Shown: piece after piece, positions 28,522 to 38,759 of the stretch
How the letters are laid out: the number at the start of each line of letters is the position of its first letter
Numbering within the stretch: the stretch's first letter is position 1
The notes under the pieces: model-generated
Told to the model about the DNA's origin: nothing
The model's database searches: none
Seen by the model: the letters and a program-made list of their open reading frames with translations, nothing else
Program-made: the position numbers and the translations under genes
NCBI GenBank assembly: GCA_011364925.1
Contig: RDOA01000020.1
Location: 1-55,391 of the forward strand
Source: Promethearchaeota archaeon
GTDB lineage: Archaea; Asgardarchaeota; Lokiarchaeia; Sigyniarchaeales; SOKP01
DNA: 55,391 nt
Direction of reading: 5' to 3'

Positions 28522-30393
28522 CTAAAGATATTGACTAACCCAGTCAATTTCTAATTCCTCTAATTTCGATTGAGTTGGGATTCCATCCTCGCTCCAACCC
28601 ATTAGCTTATAATAATTCATTATAGCGTTTTTAAACTCGTCGGGATTAATCGCGGTTTTCGCTAAGGCTCCAGAAGTCTGAGGCTTGAAGAATCTATCGG
28701 GCAACCAGTCATCCTTTTTGGTAAGGCCTTCTCGGAGGTTAAAAACCCTTGCCATGGTTGTTACCCTCTCTCCTACTTTCATTAGCTCCCAAGACGAGGT
28801 ATACCATCCAGTCACAGCACGTACAATCTCAGGTACGTCAATGTAATCCCAAGGTGTGAAATAGCATACTAACAAAGCATTCAACATATTTCGCCAATTC
28901 GTATAATAAACCAATGCTCTTATTTTCTTTATTCCTAAATCGCTAACTTCAAGTGGTTCCAAAATCCCTATAGCACTATGAGTTGCAATTGATCTTTCGT
29001 TAGCTATTGATGTGTCGTGCATGTTTGCCATGTGTTCTGCTCCTGTAGGCGATATAGCGTACCCCACTCCTAAACCTTGTTTGAAACGAGGTTCGTGCAT
29101 AGGAATTTCTTGACCTTTCACGTGCATGGCAAACTTTTCAGCTCCATTTTTTAATTTCTCTGCGGCTCTCTTAACCCCTTCAGCTAAAATATCTCCTAAT
29201 CCTTCTCGTTTAGCGATCATTTCAACGAGCTGGATAATTGCTTCTGCATTTCCAAAATTTAATTTCATTCCATTTGTGTCATTGTCAGTAAGAATTCCAT
29301 TTTCGTAACATTCCATCGCAAAACCAATAGAAACTCCCGCAGATATCGCATCGATCGAATATTTGTTACAAAGCTCATTCGCTTTACAAACTGCTTTCAT
29401 ATCGTCTATCCCACAATTAGAACCAAACGCTCCTATCGACTCGTACTCTGGCCCCCCATAAAGGGGATCAACGTTCCAAGGCTCTCCAATTTCCACAACT
29501 TTCTTACAACGAATAGGACAAGCGTAACAAGATTCCATTGTAAGACCGATTTCGTCTTTCATAACTCCAGGATCCAACACTTTTGCTCCCTTAAAATCAC
29601 CGTCTCTAAAATTCCGAGTTGGAAGATTTCCAGACGCAGCAAATTGCTCCATTACACCATAACCTGTTCCATACTCAAAATTAGCCCTATACGGTTTGTA
29701 GCCCACTTCGTTAAATTCTCTGATTTTCGCCCTTAACTTTTCTTTATCGCTAACTTTAAGTCTTTTACGCCCTCTCACAGCAATCGCCTTTAAATTCTTA
29801 GAACCCATGACTGCTCCCATGCCTGAACGACCAGCAGCGTTTCTTAAATCGTTAATAATACACGCGTAACGTACGAGATGCTCTCCTCCCGGTCCTATTT
29901 GGGCAACGCGAATTAAAGGATCTCCCAATTCTTCTTTAATTATTGCCTCTACTTCACCAGTAACCTTTCCCCAAAGGTGTCTAGCGTCCTTGATCTGTAC
30001 TTCTCCGTCTTGAATCCATAAATAAACAGGTGTTTTTGCTTTCCCCTCAATTATAATTGCGTCAAATCCAGCGTGCTTCAATTCGGCACCCCAATGACCT
30101 CCAACTTCAGCTTCACCAAAACCTCCGGTTAAAGGAGATTTAGCACCAACACTATTACGCCCCGTCCCTGGAATTGCGTATCCAGTTAAGGCTCCCGTAG
30201 CAAAAATCAGTTCATTTTTATCGCTTAATGGATCAATTCCCTTCTTCAATTCCTTCAAAAGATAATACGCCACAAATCCTTCGCCTCCAATATATCGCCG
30301 GTAGAAAAGATCCTCGGGGTGTTCTATCCTGATTTTCTCGCCTGTTAAATTCACTCTAAGTATGTTTCCTATGTATCCGTATACTATAACCAT
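28522..30393 (-). CDS. aor: Tungsten-dependent aldehyde:ferredoxin oxidoreductase family protein
   Basis: KSPLTG, GRSGMGAVMGSKNLKAI, C..CPI.C, EYES, D.IS.G, DDWLP.RF. Confidence 0.95.
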   Translation of the reverse strand: MVIVYGYIGNILRVNLTGEKIRIEHPEDLFYRRYIGGEGFVAYYLLKELKKGIDPLSDKNELIFATGALTGYAIPGTGRNSVGAKSPLTGGFGEAEVGGHWGAELKHAGFDAIIIEGKAKTPVYLWIQDGEVQIKDARHLWGKVTGEVEAIIKEELGDPLIRVAQIGPGGEHLVRYACIINDLRNAAGRSGMGAVMGSKNLKAIAVRGRKRLKVSDKEKLRAKIREFNEVGYKPYRANFEYGTGYGVMEQFAASGNLPTRNFRDGDFKGAKVLDPGVMKDEIGLTMESCYACPIRCKKVVEIGEPWNVDPLYGGPEYESIGAFGSNCGIDDMKAVCKANELCNKYSIDAISAGVSIGFAMECYENGILTDNDTNGMKLNFGNAEAIIQLVEMIAKREGLGDILAEGVKRAAEKLKNGAEKFAMHVKGQEIPMHEPRFKQGLGVGYAISPTGAEHMANMHDTSIANERSIATHSAIGILEPLEVSDLGIKKIRALVYYTNWRNMLNALLVCYFTPWDYIDVPEIVRAVTGWYTSSWELMKVGERVTTMARVFNLREGLTKKDDWLPDRFFKPQTSGALAKTAINPDEFKNAIMNYYKLMGWSEDGIPTQSKLEELEIDWVSQYL

Positions 30394-30694
30394 CCCCTGC
30401 TTTTAATACAATTTTTCTCGTTAACTAGTAAAATTTCAACTCCTTTATATTTCTTATTTAAATAGCGGCTTCTTCGTTCAACTGACATCAATCTTCGAAT
30501 TCAGTGTAAAAAATCGTAATTTATCTCTTATTAAGTACCTTTACAAATGTCTCCCTCAGAATTTATACTACAAATTATAGTAAAATTTAAGTAATTTTAC
30601 ATACTAAAGTAGTTATCATTTTGTCTAAAATGAGAATTTGTTAAATTCAAACAAAATAATAAATACAATAATAAATAAAGGAAATTGATTTAAA

Positions 30695-31996
30695 ATGCCG
30701 ACTGATAAACAACATTTGAATTTGGTAATTATTGGGCACATAGATCATGGTAAAAGCACGATGATGGGCGCTATGCTCATTAAAACTGGAGCAGTATCTG
30801 ATAGAGAAGCGAGAGAACTTGAAAAGTTAGCGAAAGAATATGACAGAGAAAGCTGGTCGTATGCGTACGTTTTTGATAAACTAAAAGAAGAGCGACAGCG
30901 AGGTATTACAATTGATTTAGCTTTCCGTAAATTCGAAACGAATACAAAATATTTCACTATAATTGACGCTCCCGGACACGCAGACTTCGTTAAGAATATG
31001 ATTACTGGTGCTTCTCAAGCTGACGCTGCCATTCTAGTTGTTTCTGGAAAGAAAGGCGAAATGGAAGTTGGTATTGCCGCTAACGGTCAAACTAGAGAAC
31101 ACGCTTATCTAGCACAAACTCTAGGTGTAAAGCAATTAGTTGTAGCAGTCAACAAAGCCGATGTCTATGATTACAGTGAGGCACGATATAACGAAGTAAA
31201 GGATGCAGTGTCTGATCTCCTAAAAAATATCGGTTTTCCTGTGAAAAAGATTCCATTCGTACCTGTAAGTGGAATTAAAGCTGAAAATCTTACAGAGAAG
31301 TGTGACAAAATGCCATGGTACGATGGTCCAACCTTAATTGAAGCCATTGATGCTTTTGAATTACCTCCAAAACCTACTGGTAAACCATTGCGCGTTCCTA
31401 TTCAAGATGCTTACAATATCAAAGGTACTGGAGTTGTTCCTGTTGGGAGAGTAGAAACTGGCATATTAAAGAAAGGAGATAAGATAATCATTCAACCAAC
31501 TGGGTTTCAAGGGGAAATTCGCTCAATAGAAATGCATCATGAAGAAATACCCCAAGCAGAACCAGGAGATAACATCGGATTTAGTATAAGAGGGATTGCA
31601 ATGAAAGATGTTGGCCGTGGTGATGTTTTGGGACATCCATCAAGTGTACCAACTGTAGTAACTCCAAATGGGAATTGGACTGGACAAGTTATTGTCATTT
31701 GGCATCCAACAGCAATTGCTCAAGGATATACGCCAGTCATTCACGCCCACACAGCTCAAGTAGCAGCTAAATTCATTGAATTAAGTAAAAAGTTAGATCA
31801 GAAAACCGGTGCAGTAATTGAGGACAACCCTAAATTCTTAAAGAAAAACGAATCCGCTATAATTAAACTTCAGCCAATTAAAAAGCTTTGTATTGAAAAA
31901 TACAACGATTTTCCAGAATTAGGGCGATTTGCTGTAAGAGATATGGGCAGAACAGCTGCTGTAGGGATTGTCAAAGACTTGGAGACTGGAGCCTAA
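30695..31996 (+). CDS. tuf: Translation elongation factor EF-1 alpha
   Basis: GHIDHGKST, RGITID, DAPGH, NKAD, GRFAVRDMG. Confidence 0.97.
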   Translation: MPTDKQHLNLVIIGHIDHGKSTMMGAMLIKTGAVSDREARELEKLAKEYDRESWSYAYVFDKLKEERQRGITIDLAFRKFETNTKYFTIIDAPGHADFVKNMITGASQADAAILVVSGKKGEMEVGIAANGQTREHAYLAQTLGVKQLVVAVNKADVYDYSEARYNEVKDAVSDLLKNIGFPVKKIPFVPVSGIKAENLTEKCDKMPWYDGPTLIEAIDAFELPPKPTGKPLRVPIQDAYNIKGTGVVPVGRVETGILKKGDKIIIQPTGFQGEIRSIEMHHEEIPQAEPGDNIGFSIRGIAMKDVGRGDVLGHPSSVPTVVTPNGNWTGQVIVIWHPTAIAQGYTPVIHAHTAQVAAKFIELSKKLDQKTGAVIEDNPKFLKKNESAIIKLQPIKKLCIEKYNDFPELGRFAVRDMGRTAAVGIVKDLETGA

Positions 31997-32181
31997 CTGA
32001 ATTCTAAAAATTGCTTTTTTTATAAACATAATTTAAATTTTATTTCATAATTTTTTTTGATATTATTAATCCCAAATTTAATTCAATTAATTTTAGGTAC
32101 AATTTACTGTTTGGTATAAATCAACCTGTGAACCCTATAAAATCATATTTTCTTGATGGTTTAATTTAAAAGTTCTCTCCT

Positions 32182-33285
32182 TCATGAACTTCGGTTCTTC
32201 AATATTTTATTATGAAGCGTTTGAAAATCTTTTTCTGGCAACTTATCTTCGATATCTCCTCTTGGAACGATTATAATTGCTTTATTAGGACATTTAGATA
32301 CACATACCCCACATCCTATGCACCAGTTATTATCAACGACAGCGTGATTTTCTTCTAATTTAACAGCATCAGCGGGACAGATATCGATACAACTACCACA
32401 TTCAACGCAATTCTCACTTCTAGTTTCCCGAATAAAATAGGTAGCAATTATCTCGTCTCTTGGTATAATTCTCCTTTTAATTCTCCCAAGATTCCAGCAA
32501 GAACAACCACAACAATTGCAATTTTGTTGTACGTTGCCTATAGCATTATCAGTGAAGTGAACTAATCCATTCTCTGAAGCTGTTTTAGAGATTTCTAATG
32601 CTTCTTCTACGCTTATCTCTCTTGCGAAACCCTTTTCAATTATATAATCAGCTAACTCATTAAATTTCATACAGACTTCAGTTGGGTGGCCACAATCTCT
32701 TCCTATTAACTTCATAGAATGACGACATATACAATGAGCCACAGCAATTCGATTTGCGTTTTTAATTATTTGTTCCATTGCTTGATACGGAAGAACAGCT
32801 TGAGTGTCTGGTTCGATTGTTTCATCAACAGGGACAAATCTGAAAGGAATGGGCTCTGGACCAAAAGTTTCCTTGGTTACCTCACTATTGAAATATCCTA
32901 GAACTTGCTTAGCCATGCTTTTTGAATGAGGTGTAACTTCTCCTTTCCAGAAAAAGGTCTGGGGAAATCCAAATCCGGCTTGATGTAAAGCATAGCCCAA
33001 TTCGCCCGTTTCTTGGTTTTTACACGAAAAAAGTAAACCTTTATCCACAAGGTTATTAAGGATCTTTTGTAAATCCTCCATGGCGATTTCACTAGCTTTC
33101 GAAATCTCTGCCAGACTGGTTCCTTGGAGCGGAATTTTATGGGAGGGTATCAATAAAGCAACCTCAGCTTCCGCTTCACTGAAATTTGCTTTCAAAATGT
33201 TAAGTAACCCCTCTTTTGGAGGGTACATCATCCCCATCGATGATAAATGGAACATTAATTTCTCGTGAATGTCTTGAGTTGTCAT
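32182..33285 (-). CDS. 4Fe-4S dicluster protein with N-terminal HTH-like region
   Basis: C.CR, CNCCGCSC and two CxxCxxCxxxCP motifs. Confidence 0.85.
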   Translation of the reverse strand: MTTQDIHEKLMFHLSSMGMMYPPKEGLLNILKANFSEAEAEVALLIPSHKIPLQGTSLAEISKASEIAMEDLQKILNNLVDKGLLFSCKNQETGELGYALHQAGFGFPQTFFWKGEVTPHSKSMAKQVLGYFNSEVTKETFGPEPIPFRFVPVDETIEPDTQAVLPYQAMEQIIKNANRIAVAHCICRHSMKLIGRDCGHPTEVCMKFNELADYIIEKGFAREISVEEALEISKTASENGLVHFTDNAIGNVQQNCNCCGCSCWNLGRIKRRIIPRDEIIATYFIRETRSENCVECGSCIDICPADAVKLEENHAVVDNNWCIGCGVCVSKCPNKAIIIVPRGDIEDKLPEKDFQTLHNKILKNRSS

Positions 33286-33534
33286 AAATGTGCTCTCTTA
33301 ATTAAAAATAAAATATATGATACTTAATTAAAATTTTCAAGAGAATATTATTTCTTTTTGATTTTATCTACTAGTTATGTGTAATATCGCGATATTATAT
33401 CTTCTTTAGAATATTTAACGAGAATTGGATTTTTGGGGATCCTAATTAAAAGATTTCATATTATGTAAATATTATTTTCATTTTTGAACAATTATTTGTC
33501 TTTTCTAATTAATACAATTCTCGATTAGAAAGGA

Positions 33535-34017
33535 TTGGCGTTGCTTTCAACAAAACAAAAGATTTGTTTTATAGGTGAAGGGGGGGTTGGTAAAACCTCG
33601 TTACTATCTTTATTAAATGGAAGGGAAGTTCCACGGGAAAGAATCCCTACAGTAGGTTTAGAAGTTGAGGATTCTCTATTAAACGGAAAGAATTGTTCTA
33701 TTTGGGATTTAGGTGGCCAGAAGCGATTCAAATTCATGTGGCAAGATTTCTTAAGGGGTGCTGGGTTAGCTGTGATTGTTTGCGACTCTACTGAAGAGAA
33801 CGTGGAAAAAACGAAAGCGATTTACGATAGATTTGAGCGTAGTTTAGGGACAAAAATTATTGCTATTGCGAATAAACAAGATTTACCTGGTGCTTTAAGC
33901 GCTAGAGCGGTTCAGAAAAAATTAGGTGGGTTAAAAACTTATGGGATGTCTGCGATTAGACCTGAATTACAACAGCGTATGAAGGAAATCTTAGAATACG
34001 AAATTTCTACTTTTTAA
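33535..34017 (+). CDS. Arf-like small GTPase
   Basis: GEGGVGKT, PTVG, WDLGGQ.RF..MW, ANKQDL. Confidence 0.9.
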   Translation: MALLSTKQKICFIGEGGVGKTSLLSLLNGREVPRERIPTVGLEVEDSLLNGKNCSIWDLGGQKRFKFMWQDFLRGAGLAVIVCDSTEENVEKTKAIYDRFERSLGTKIIAIANKQDLPGALSARAVQKKLGGLKTYGMSAIRPELQQRMKEILEYEISTF

Positions 34018-34036
34018 AAGTATTTACCAAATTGGT

Positions 34037-34597
34037 TTATAATGCCCTTCCAATGATGTGAGCAAGCCGAACTGGTTCTGGAATTTTTGAGTCAATACAC
34101 ACTTTGTTCAATAAAGCATCAACTTCTGGAAACTGAATTCCTTTTGAATGAAAATACACGTTCGAAAGGCCTCCTGCAGTTTTAATTGAAGTCTCATACA
34201 AATCTCCTGCGTTCACAATATTTTTTAACTTCTCTTCGTATCTCTTAGGAAATTTGTTTACTAATGCTTTTCTAACAGCGTTGAGATCCACTAACCTTTC
34301 AGTCACAGCTATAATTGGTTTCTTGGTGATGTCATAAATCTTCTCTAAATCAATAATATTAAACCCGCCAAAAGTAATCGTATCTGTGAGGATGAATTGC
34401 ACATGCTTTTCGTTTTGCCTTGTAAGTTCTATTAAAATATCTGTTGCATTGTCTCCGTCAATAAAAATTTCGTCTTTAACCATGCCTACCATTCTTGTAC
34501 CTTGGCATATTATTCCTATTAGATTCGTAGTTTTAGAATTAGAATTAAATTCAAATTTTGCATCATCAAATCCAATTGTAATCGGATAATCTTTCAT
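34037..34597 (-). CDS. DUF99 family (endonuclease V-like / endonuclease dU) protein
   Basis: IGFDD, DG.NAT, ITFGGFNIID, PEP.RLAH; ATG 34597. Confidence 0.88.
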   Translation of the reverse strand: MKDYPITIGFDDAKFEFNSNSKTTNLIGIICQGTRMVGMVKDEIFIDGDNATDILIELTRQNEKHVQFILTDTITFGGFNIIDLEKIYDITKKPIIAVTERLVDLNAVRKALVNKFPKRYEEKLKNIVNAGDLYETSIKTAGGLSNVYFHSKGIQFPEVDALLNKVCIDSKIPEPVRLAHIIGRAL

Positions 34598-34599
34598 TC

Positions 34600-35052
34600 T
34601 CAATTCTCTGGTAAAAATTTTATGATCTCAAGTAAGAGATTTCTGAACGCGATTGTAGCGTTTTTTATTTCTTCGCTTCGAACAGTGAGGTTGCTTTCTA
34701 AAGAATCAACAAGAATATTAATTATATCCTCTATCGTGACTTTTTTACTAAGCCAAACATAAGCTACTACAGCTTCAACTGTATCTGCCATATCGTGAGC
34801 ATCCGCTCTAGTTTTTGAAAAGCATTTCATATTAGCTTCTTTTAGCGCGTTAGCCAATATTGTTTTGCTAACTTTTACGCCGGTTCTAATGCTATTATTA
34901 ATTTTGCTATTGCGAGTTAAAACGATAGATTTAGCTATAGAATAAGTAAGATTAACAATACTATCTCCTATCTTTGCTAATCCTTTGTCTGTTCCAATTG
35001 ATTTTTGGGTTAGATTATTGTTTAAATCTTTTAATAAAAATTCATATGACAT
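34600..35052 (-). CDS. Archaeal ribonuclease III-like protein
   Basis: DKGLAKIGDS.VN..YS.A, KV....LA.AL, D..EA...Y.W motifs; rpoL-adjacent. Confidence 0.8.
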   Translation of the reverse strand: MSYEFLLKDLNNNLTQKSIGTDKGLAKIGDSIVNLTYSIAKSIVLTRNSKINNSIRTGVKVSKTILANALKEANMKCFSKTRADAHDMADTVEAVVAYVWLSKKVTIEDIINILVDSLESNLTVRSEEIKNATIAFRNLLLEIIKFLPEN

Positions 35053-35111
35053 TAAGATTAGAAGACGAGTAATTTCTTATAAACTTTTCAAAAGTCGAAA
35101 ATTATGTCGAT

Positions 35112-35606
35112 TTAGATAAGTTTCTTAAACAATTTCTGAACCTCTGATACTTCGGTTCTCAAGGTTTCTATTGCCTTAATAAGGATTTCTTTAATCTTAA
35201 AACCATCCTCGAGCCGAATAAAAATCTCGGGTGGAGCAATTTGGGTAATCTTATATGCTGCAGAATTCACACCTTCCGTATTTAAAAGGTGTTGTACGAA
35301 AATGTTACAGAATCCATGCGATTGACCTTGAACAGTTAAGATGTAGTCGTGTTCACTAACACCTTTTTTCATAGCTAATTTTAAATATTTATAATCAGGC
35401 AGTTCTGGACCCGCTTCAGGTTCATATTCCTCTTCAAGCTCATAATCTTCATCTTCCTCTATGAAGTCTTCAGAGAGAGGTTTTTTCTTAGGTTGAGAAA
35501 CATCTTTTAAATCGGGATAATGGCTTTCTACTTCGTCGTCCTCAAATAGGTCCTCGTCGTCAAAATCGCTTTCTTCTTCCTTTGGTTCAACTTTTTTTTT
35601 TGCCAC
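35112..35606 (-). CDS. rpoL: RNA polymerase subunit L (Rpo11), divergent, with acidic N-terminal extension
   Basis: G.SH.F.N.....LL...GV..AAY and C-terminal helix; conserved csl4-rpoL context. Confidence 0.78.
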   Translation of the reverse strand: MAKKKVEPKEEESDFDDEDLFEDDEVESHYPDLKDVSQPKKKPLSEDFIEEDEDYELEEEYEPEAGPELPDYKYLKLAMKKGVSEHDYILTVQGQSHGFCNIFVQHLLNTEGVNSAAYKITQIAPPEIFIRLEDGFKIKEILIKAIETLRTEVSEVQKLFKKLI

Positions 35607-35688
35607 AATATTCCACCAAGACTATTGTCTCTAATTCAGAATTAAATAAATGTTTTTTGGTTTTAAACCAGTACTACAATAAGAGTTC

Positions 35689-35910
35689 CTATAAATATTG
35701 ATTAGCCAACGCTCTCAATCTTTCAGTTGCGAGATTTTGAAGGTCTCTAGGACCAAATAACGTTATTTTAATCGATTTTCCATCGACTTTACAATTTAGA
35801 CTCAGGTAATTTACCTTCTTTTGGACTTCTTCAAGAAATCTAATAACATTCTTAACATCTCCACTTGAGTTATAAAAATTTATTACTTTTCTTCCCCCAC
35901 GACGACTCAA
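35689..35910 (-). CDS. Small hypothetical protein (possibly DUF2067-related)
   Basis: 73-aa TTG ORF co-oriented between csl4 and rpoL; GGT SD-like element upstream. Confidence 0.6.
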   Translation of the reverse strand: MSRRGGRKVINFYNSSGDVKNVIRFLEEVQKKVNYLSLNCKVDGKSIKITLFGPRDLQNLATERLRALANQYL

Positions 35911-35971
35911 GATAGACCACTTAAATTAATTTTAAAATGATTTTGATATAGAATTAGACAATTAACTAGGT

Positions 35972-36577
35972 TTAATACTTTAAGCTTTCAGCAACGTTTC
36001 CATAATCGTTTGCGAGCTTTCGGTTCTCAACGTTACCGCATCTTTCGCATCTTAATTTATCTGGGCTTATTCTTCCCAGAGTTGTTCCGCAAATGCTGCA
36101 ATCAGCGTGAATAACGCCAAAGTCATTCCCTTCCGTACTTAAACTATATTCATTCTCTTCTTGGCTAGTTACTTTTGCTCTCACGATATCAGTAATTTGG
36201 AACGCGTCTGAGATTTTTTCTGTGTATCTTTTCGATATATGAGAAACATGAACATTGCCAAGATAAGAACTATTAAATTGAATCTTATTATTAATTGTAG
36301 CAAAACTAATACCAACGGAATACAGTCTTAAAAAAAGTACTGTTCCAATAACAATATCCCCAATCTTAACCGTTTTTCGATCCTCTTCTTGATAACCTAA
36401 AACTTTAATCGATCTGCGATCTTTATCAATTTTAACGATTCCTGTTTTAGTAGCGTAAATCCCACCATCTTTCACGTACGTAGACTGTTTGTCTGGTAGG
36501 TATTCTTCTACAACACCTAAATACTGTCCTGTAAGAACTATTTCTTTATCTTTCGCAGAATCTTTCATAAATTTCAA
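35972..36577 (-). CDS. csl4: Exosome RNA-binding subunit Csl4
   Basis: G..LG..EEYLP, S1 domain (DIVRAKV), GVI.A.C..CG...C..CG..E.RKLA. Confidence 0.93.
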   Translation of the reverse strand: MKFMKDSAKDKEIVLTGQYLGVVEEYLPDKQSTYVKDGGIYATKTGIVKIDKDRRSIKVLGYQEEDRKTVKIGDIVIGTVLFLRLYSVGISFATINNKIQFNSSYLGNVHVSHISKRYTEKISDAFQITDIVRAKVTSQEENEYSLSTEGNDFGVIHADCSICGTTLGRISPDKLRCERCGNVENRKLANDYGNVAESLKY

Positions 36578-36681
36578 CTAAAATCTTTTATTTTCCCTAT
36601 CTAATAAATATTAAATAAATTAATTAAATTTTTTTATAATTTTTCATAAAACAAATTATAGAGCGCGCTTATTAGGCGATT

Positions 36682-37329
36682 GTGATAAAAAAAATAGAGC
36701 TAATATCAATTATTCAAGAAACTAAAGGATTTTTGAGCCCTCAAATAGAGCTAGAACAATACTGTATTGATGCACAAAGTGCTGTTGATATTGTTTATTT
36801 CGCGGGAGCTGAAAATAATGATATTAGAAATCAATTAGTAATAGATCTTGGAGCTGGCACTGGAAGATTGTCCATTGCCTGTGCTTATCTTCAAGCGTTC
36901 TATATCTTAAGCGTCGACATTGATATCAACGCTCTAAGAGTCTTAAAAACTAATATTAATACCTTAGGTTTAGAAAATATAATATTCCCTATATGCTCTG
37001 ATGTAAATCACTTTGAAATAGAAAGACAACTATTCCCTAAAAATATACATATCACAACTATAGAAAATCCTCCATTTGGAGTTCAGACAAGGACAGCAGA
37101 CCGATACTTTCTACAAAAAGCATTTAGTTTTTCTAATGTTGTATATTCAATTCATTTAGCAAATCAAAAAGTCCATGATTTTCTCTTAACTTACATCAAA
37201 AAATTTGATTGGAGAATCGACTATGTCTTTCCCTTTCAATTAAAGCTAGATAAAGTCTACGAATTCCATACAAAAAAAACTAAATCAGTAGATGTTAATA
37301 TTTATAAGTTTAAAAGAAATGATGAGTGA
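36682..37329 (+). CDS. METTL5-like N6-adenine RNA methyltransferase
   Basis: LEQY, DLGAGTG.L, NPPFG, VYSIH, FH.K. Confidence 0.9.
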   Translation: MIKKIELISIIQETKGFLSPQIELEQYCIDAQSAVDIVYFAGAENNDIRNQLVIDLGAGTGRLSIACAYLQAFYILSVDIDINALRVLKTNINTLGLENIIFPICSDVNHFEIERQLFPKNIHITTIENPPFGVQTRTADRYFLQKAFSFSNVVYSIHLANQKVHDFLLTYIKKFDWRIDYVFPFQLKLDKVYEFHTKKTKSVDVNIYKFKRNDE

Positions 37330-37335
37330 AAATAA

Positions 37336-38646
37336 TTAGGAGAATTTCCTCCACGAATCAAATTTTTCAGGATAGACACCTTTAGAACCTAGTATTTCTT
37401 CGATTCTAAGTAATTGATTAAACTTACATGTTCGATCTGACCGACATGTTGCACCTGATTTTAATTGCCCTGTACACAGCCCTACTGCTAGATCAGCGAT
37501 AAAAGTATCTTCAGTTTCTCCAGATCGATGAGACACCATAACATTAAATCCATTATCAAACGCCATTTTAGCAGCGTTAATTGCTTCAGTTAATGTTCCA
37601 ATTTGATTAACCTTAAGTAAAAGAGCATTACCTGCTTTTTCATCAATGGCTTTCTTCAAGATGTTTATGTTAGTTACAGTTAAATCATCATCCACAATCT
37701 GAATAGAACTATCGACTTTCTCCGTTAACTCCTTAAAAGACCGAAAATCCTTCTCGTCAAATGGATCTTCAATAGACTTTAAAGGATAATCACGTAATAA
37801 ATCTAAATAATATTGTAATAGTTCCTCATTTGTAAGCCTTTTTCCATCAATACGGTAATATCCGTCTTCATAGAACTCACTAGCGGCTGCGTCCATACCA
37901 AGAACGAAATCAACACCCATTTGGAAGCCAGCTGTTTCGATTGCTTCAATTATTATCTCAAGTGCCTGAGAGGTTAGCGATAAATTAGGTGCAAACCCTC
38001 CCTCATCTCCAACATTGATAGCGGACGGTCCGTATTTTTGATGCAATAATTTTTTGAGAGTTTGGTATACTTCTGATACGTTTTGTATTGCTTTAGAAAA
38101 TGAATCTGCACCAATAGGTAATACCATAAATTCTTGTACAGCTAAATTGTTTCCTGCGTGTTTTCCTCCGTTTATAATATTACAACACGGAAGTGGAAGT
38201 AAGTAATTATCTCCGTTTCTATTATAAGCGAGATGATAAAGATATTCAAATAGGTGTTTTTGGGACAAATATGCTGCTAATCTCGCGCTCGCTAAGGATA
38301 CGGATAAAATCGCATTAGCACCTAAGTTACTTTTATTCTCCGTTCCGTCAATTTCGATCATTGCCTTATCGAGCTCAAATTGCTCTCGAACATCGAAATC
38401 AAGTAATTTTTTTCCAAGAATATTGTTTACATTTGATACTGCCTTTGTCACATGCTTCCCTAAGAAAGCATCTCCTCCATCTCTCAATTCTAAAGCTTCT
38501 AAAACTCCAGTTGAAGCGCCCGAGGGAACAGCAGCTCTTGCGTACGTGTCTCCCGCGTATACATCGCTTTCAACTGTTGGATTTCCCCGAGAATCTAAAA
38601 TCCAGCGAGATTTGATTTTAGTTATTTTAAAATTAGTCATTTTCAA
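37336..38646 (-). CDS. eno: Enolase
   Basis: DSRGNPTVE, PSGASTG, GDEGGFAP, LLKVNQIG, SHRSGET. Confidence 0.98.
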   Translation of the reverse strand: MKMTNFKITKIKSRWILDSRGNPTVESDVYAGDTYARAAVPSGASTGVLEALELRDGGDAFLGKHVTKAVSNVNNILGKKLLDFDVREQFELDKAMIEIDGTENKSNLGANAILSVSLASARLAAYLSQKHLFEYLYHLAYNRNGDNYLLPLPCCNIINGGKHAGNNLAVQEFMVLPIGADSFSKAIQNVSEVYQTLKKLLHQKYGPSAINVGDEGGFAPNLSLTSQALEIIIEAIETAGFQMGVDFVLGMDAAASEFYEDGYYRIDGKRLTNEELLQYYLDLLRDYPLKSIEDPFDEKDFRSFKELTEKVDSSIQIVDDDLTVTNINILKKAIDEKAGNALLLKVNQIGTLTEAINAAKMAFDNGFNVMVSHRSGETEDTFIADLAVGLCTGQLKSGATCRSDRTCKFNQLLRIEEILGSKGVYPEKFDSWRKFS

Positions 38647-38759
38647 GTTTTCTTCTCTATGATTTAATGTGATATAATATATTAAATAAAGAAACTTTAT
38701 TCTTTAATAGTATTTTTATTAATTTTTATTAATAGAAATTGTTAAGATCTGGTGTTTCA

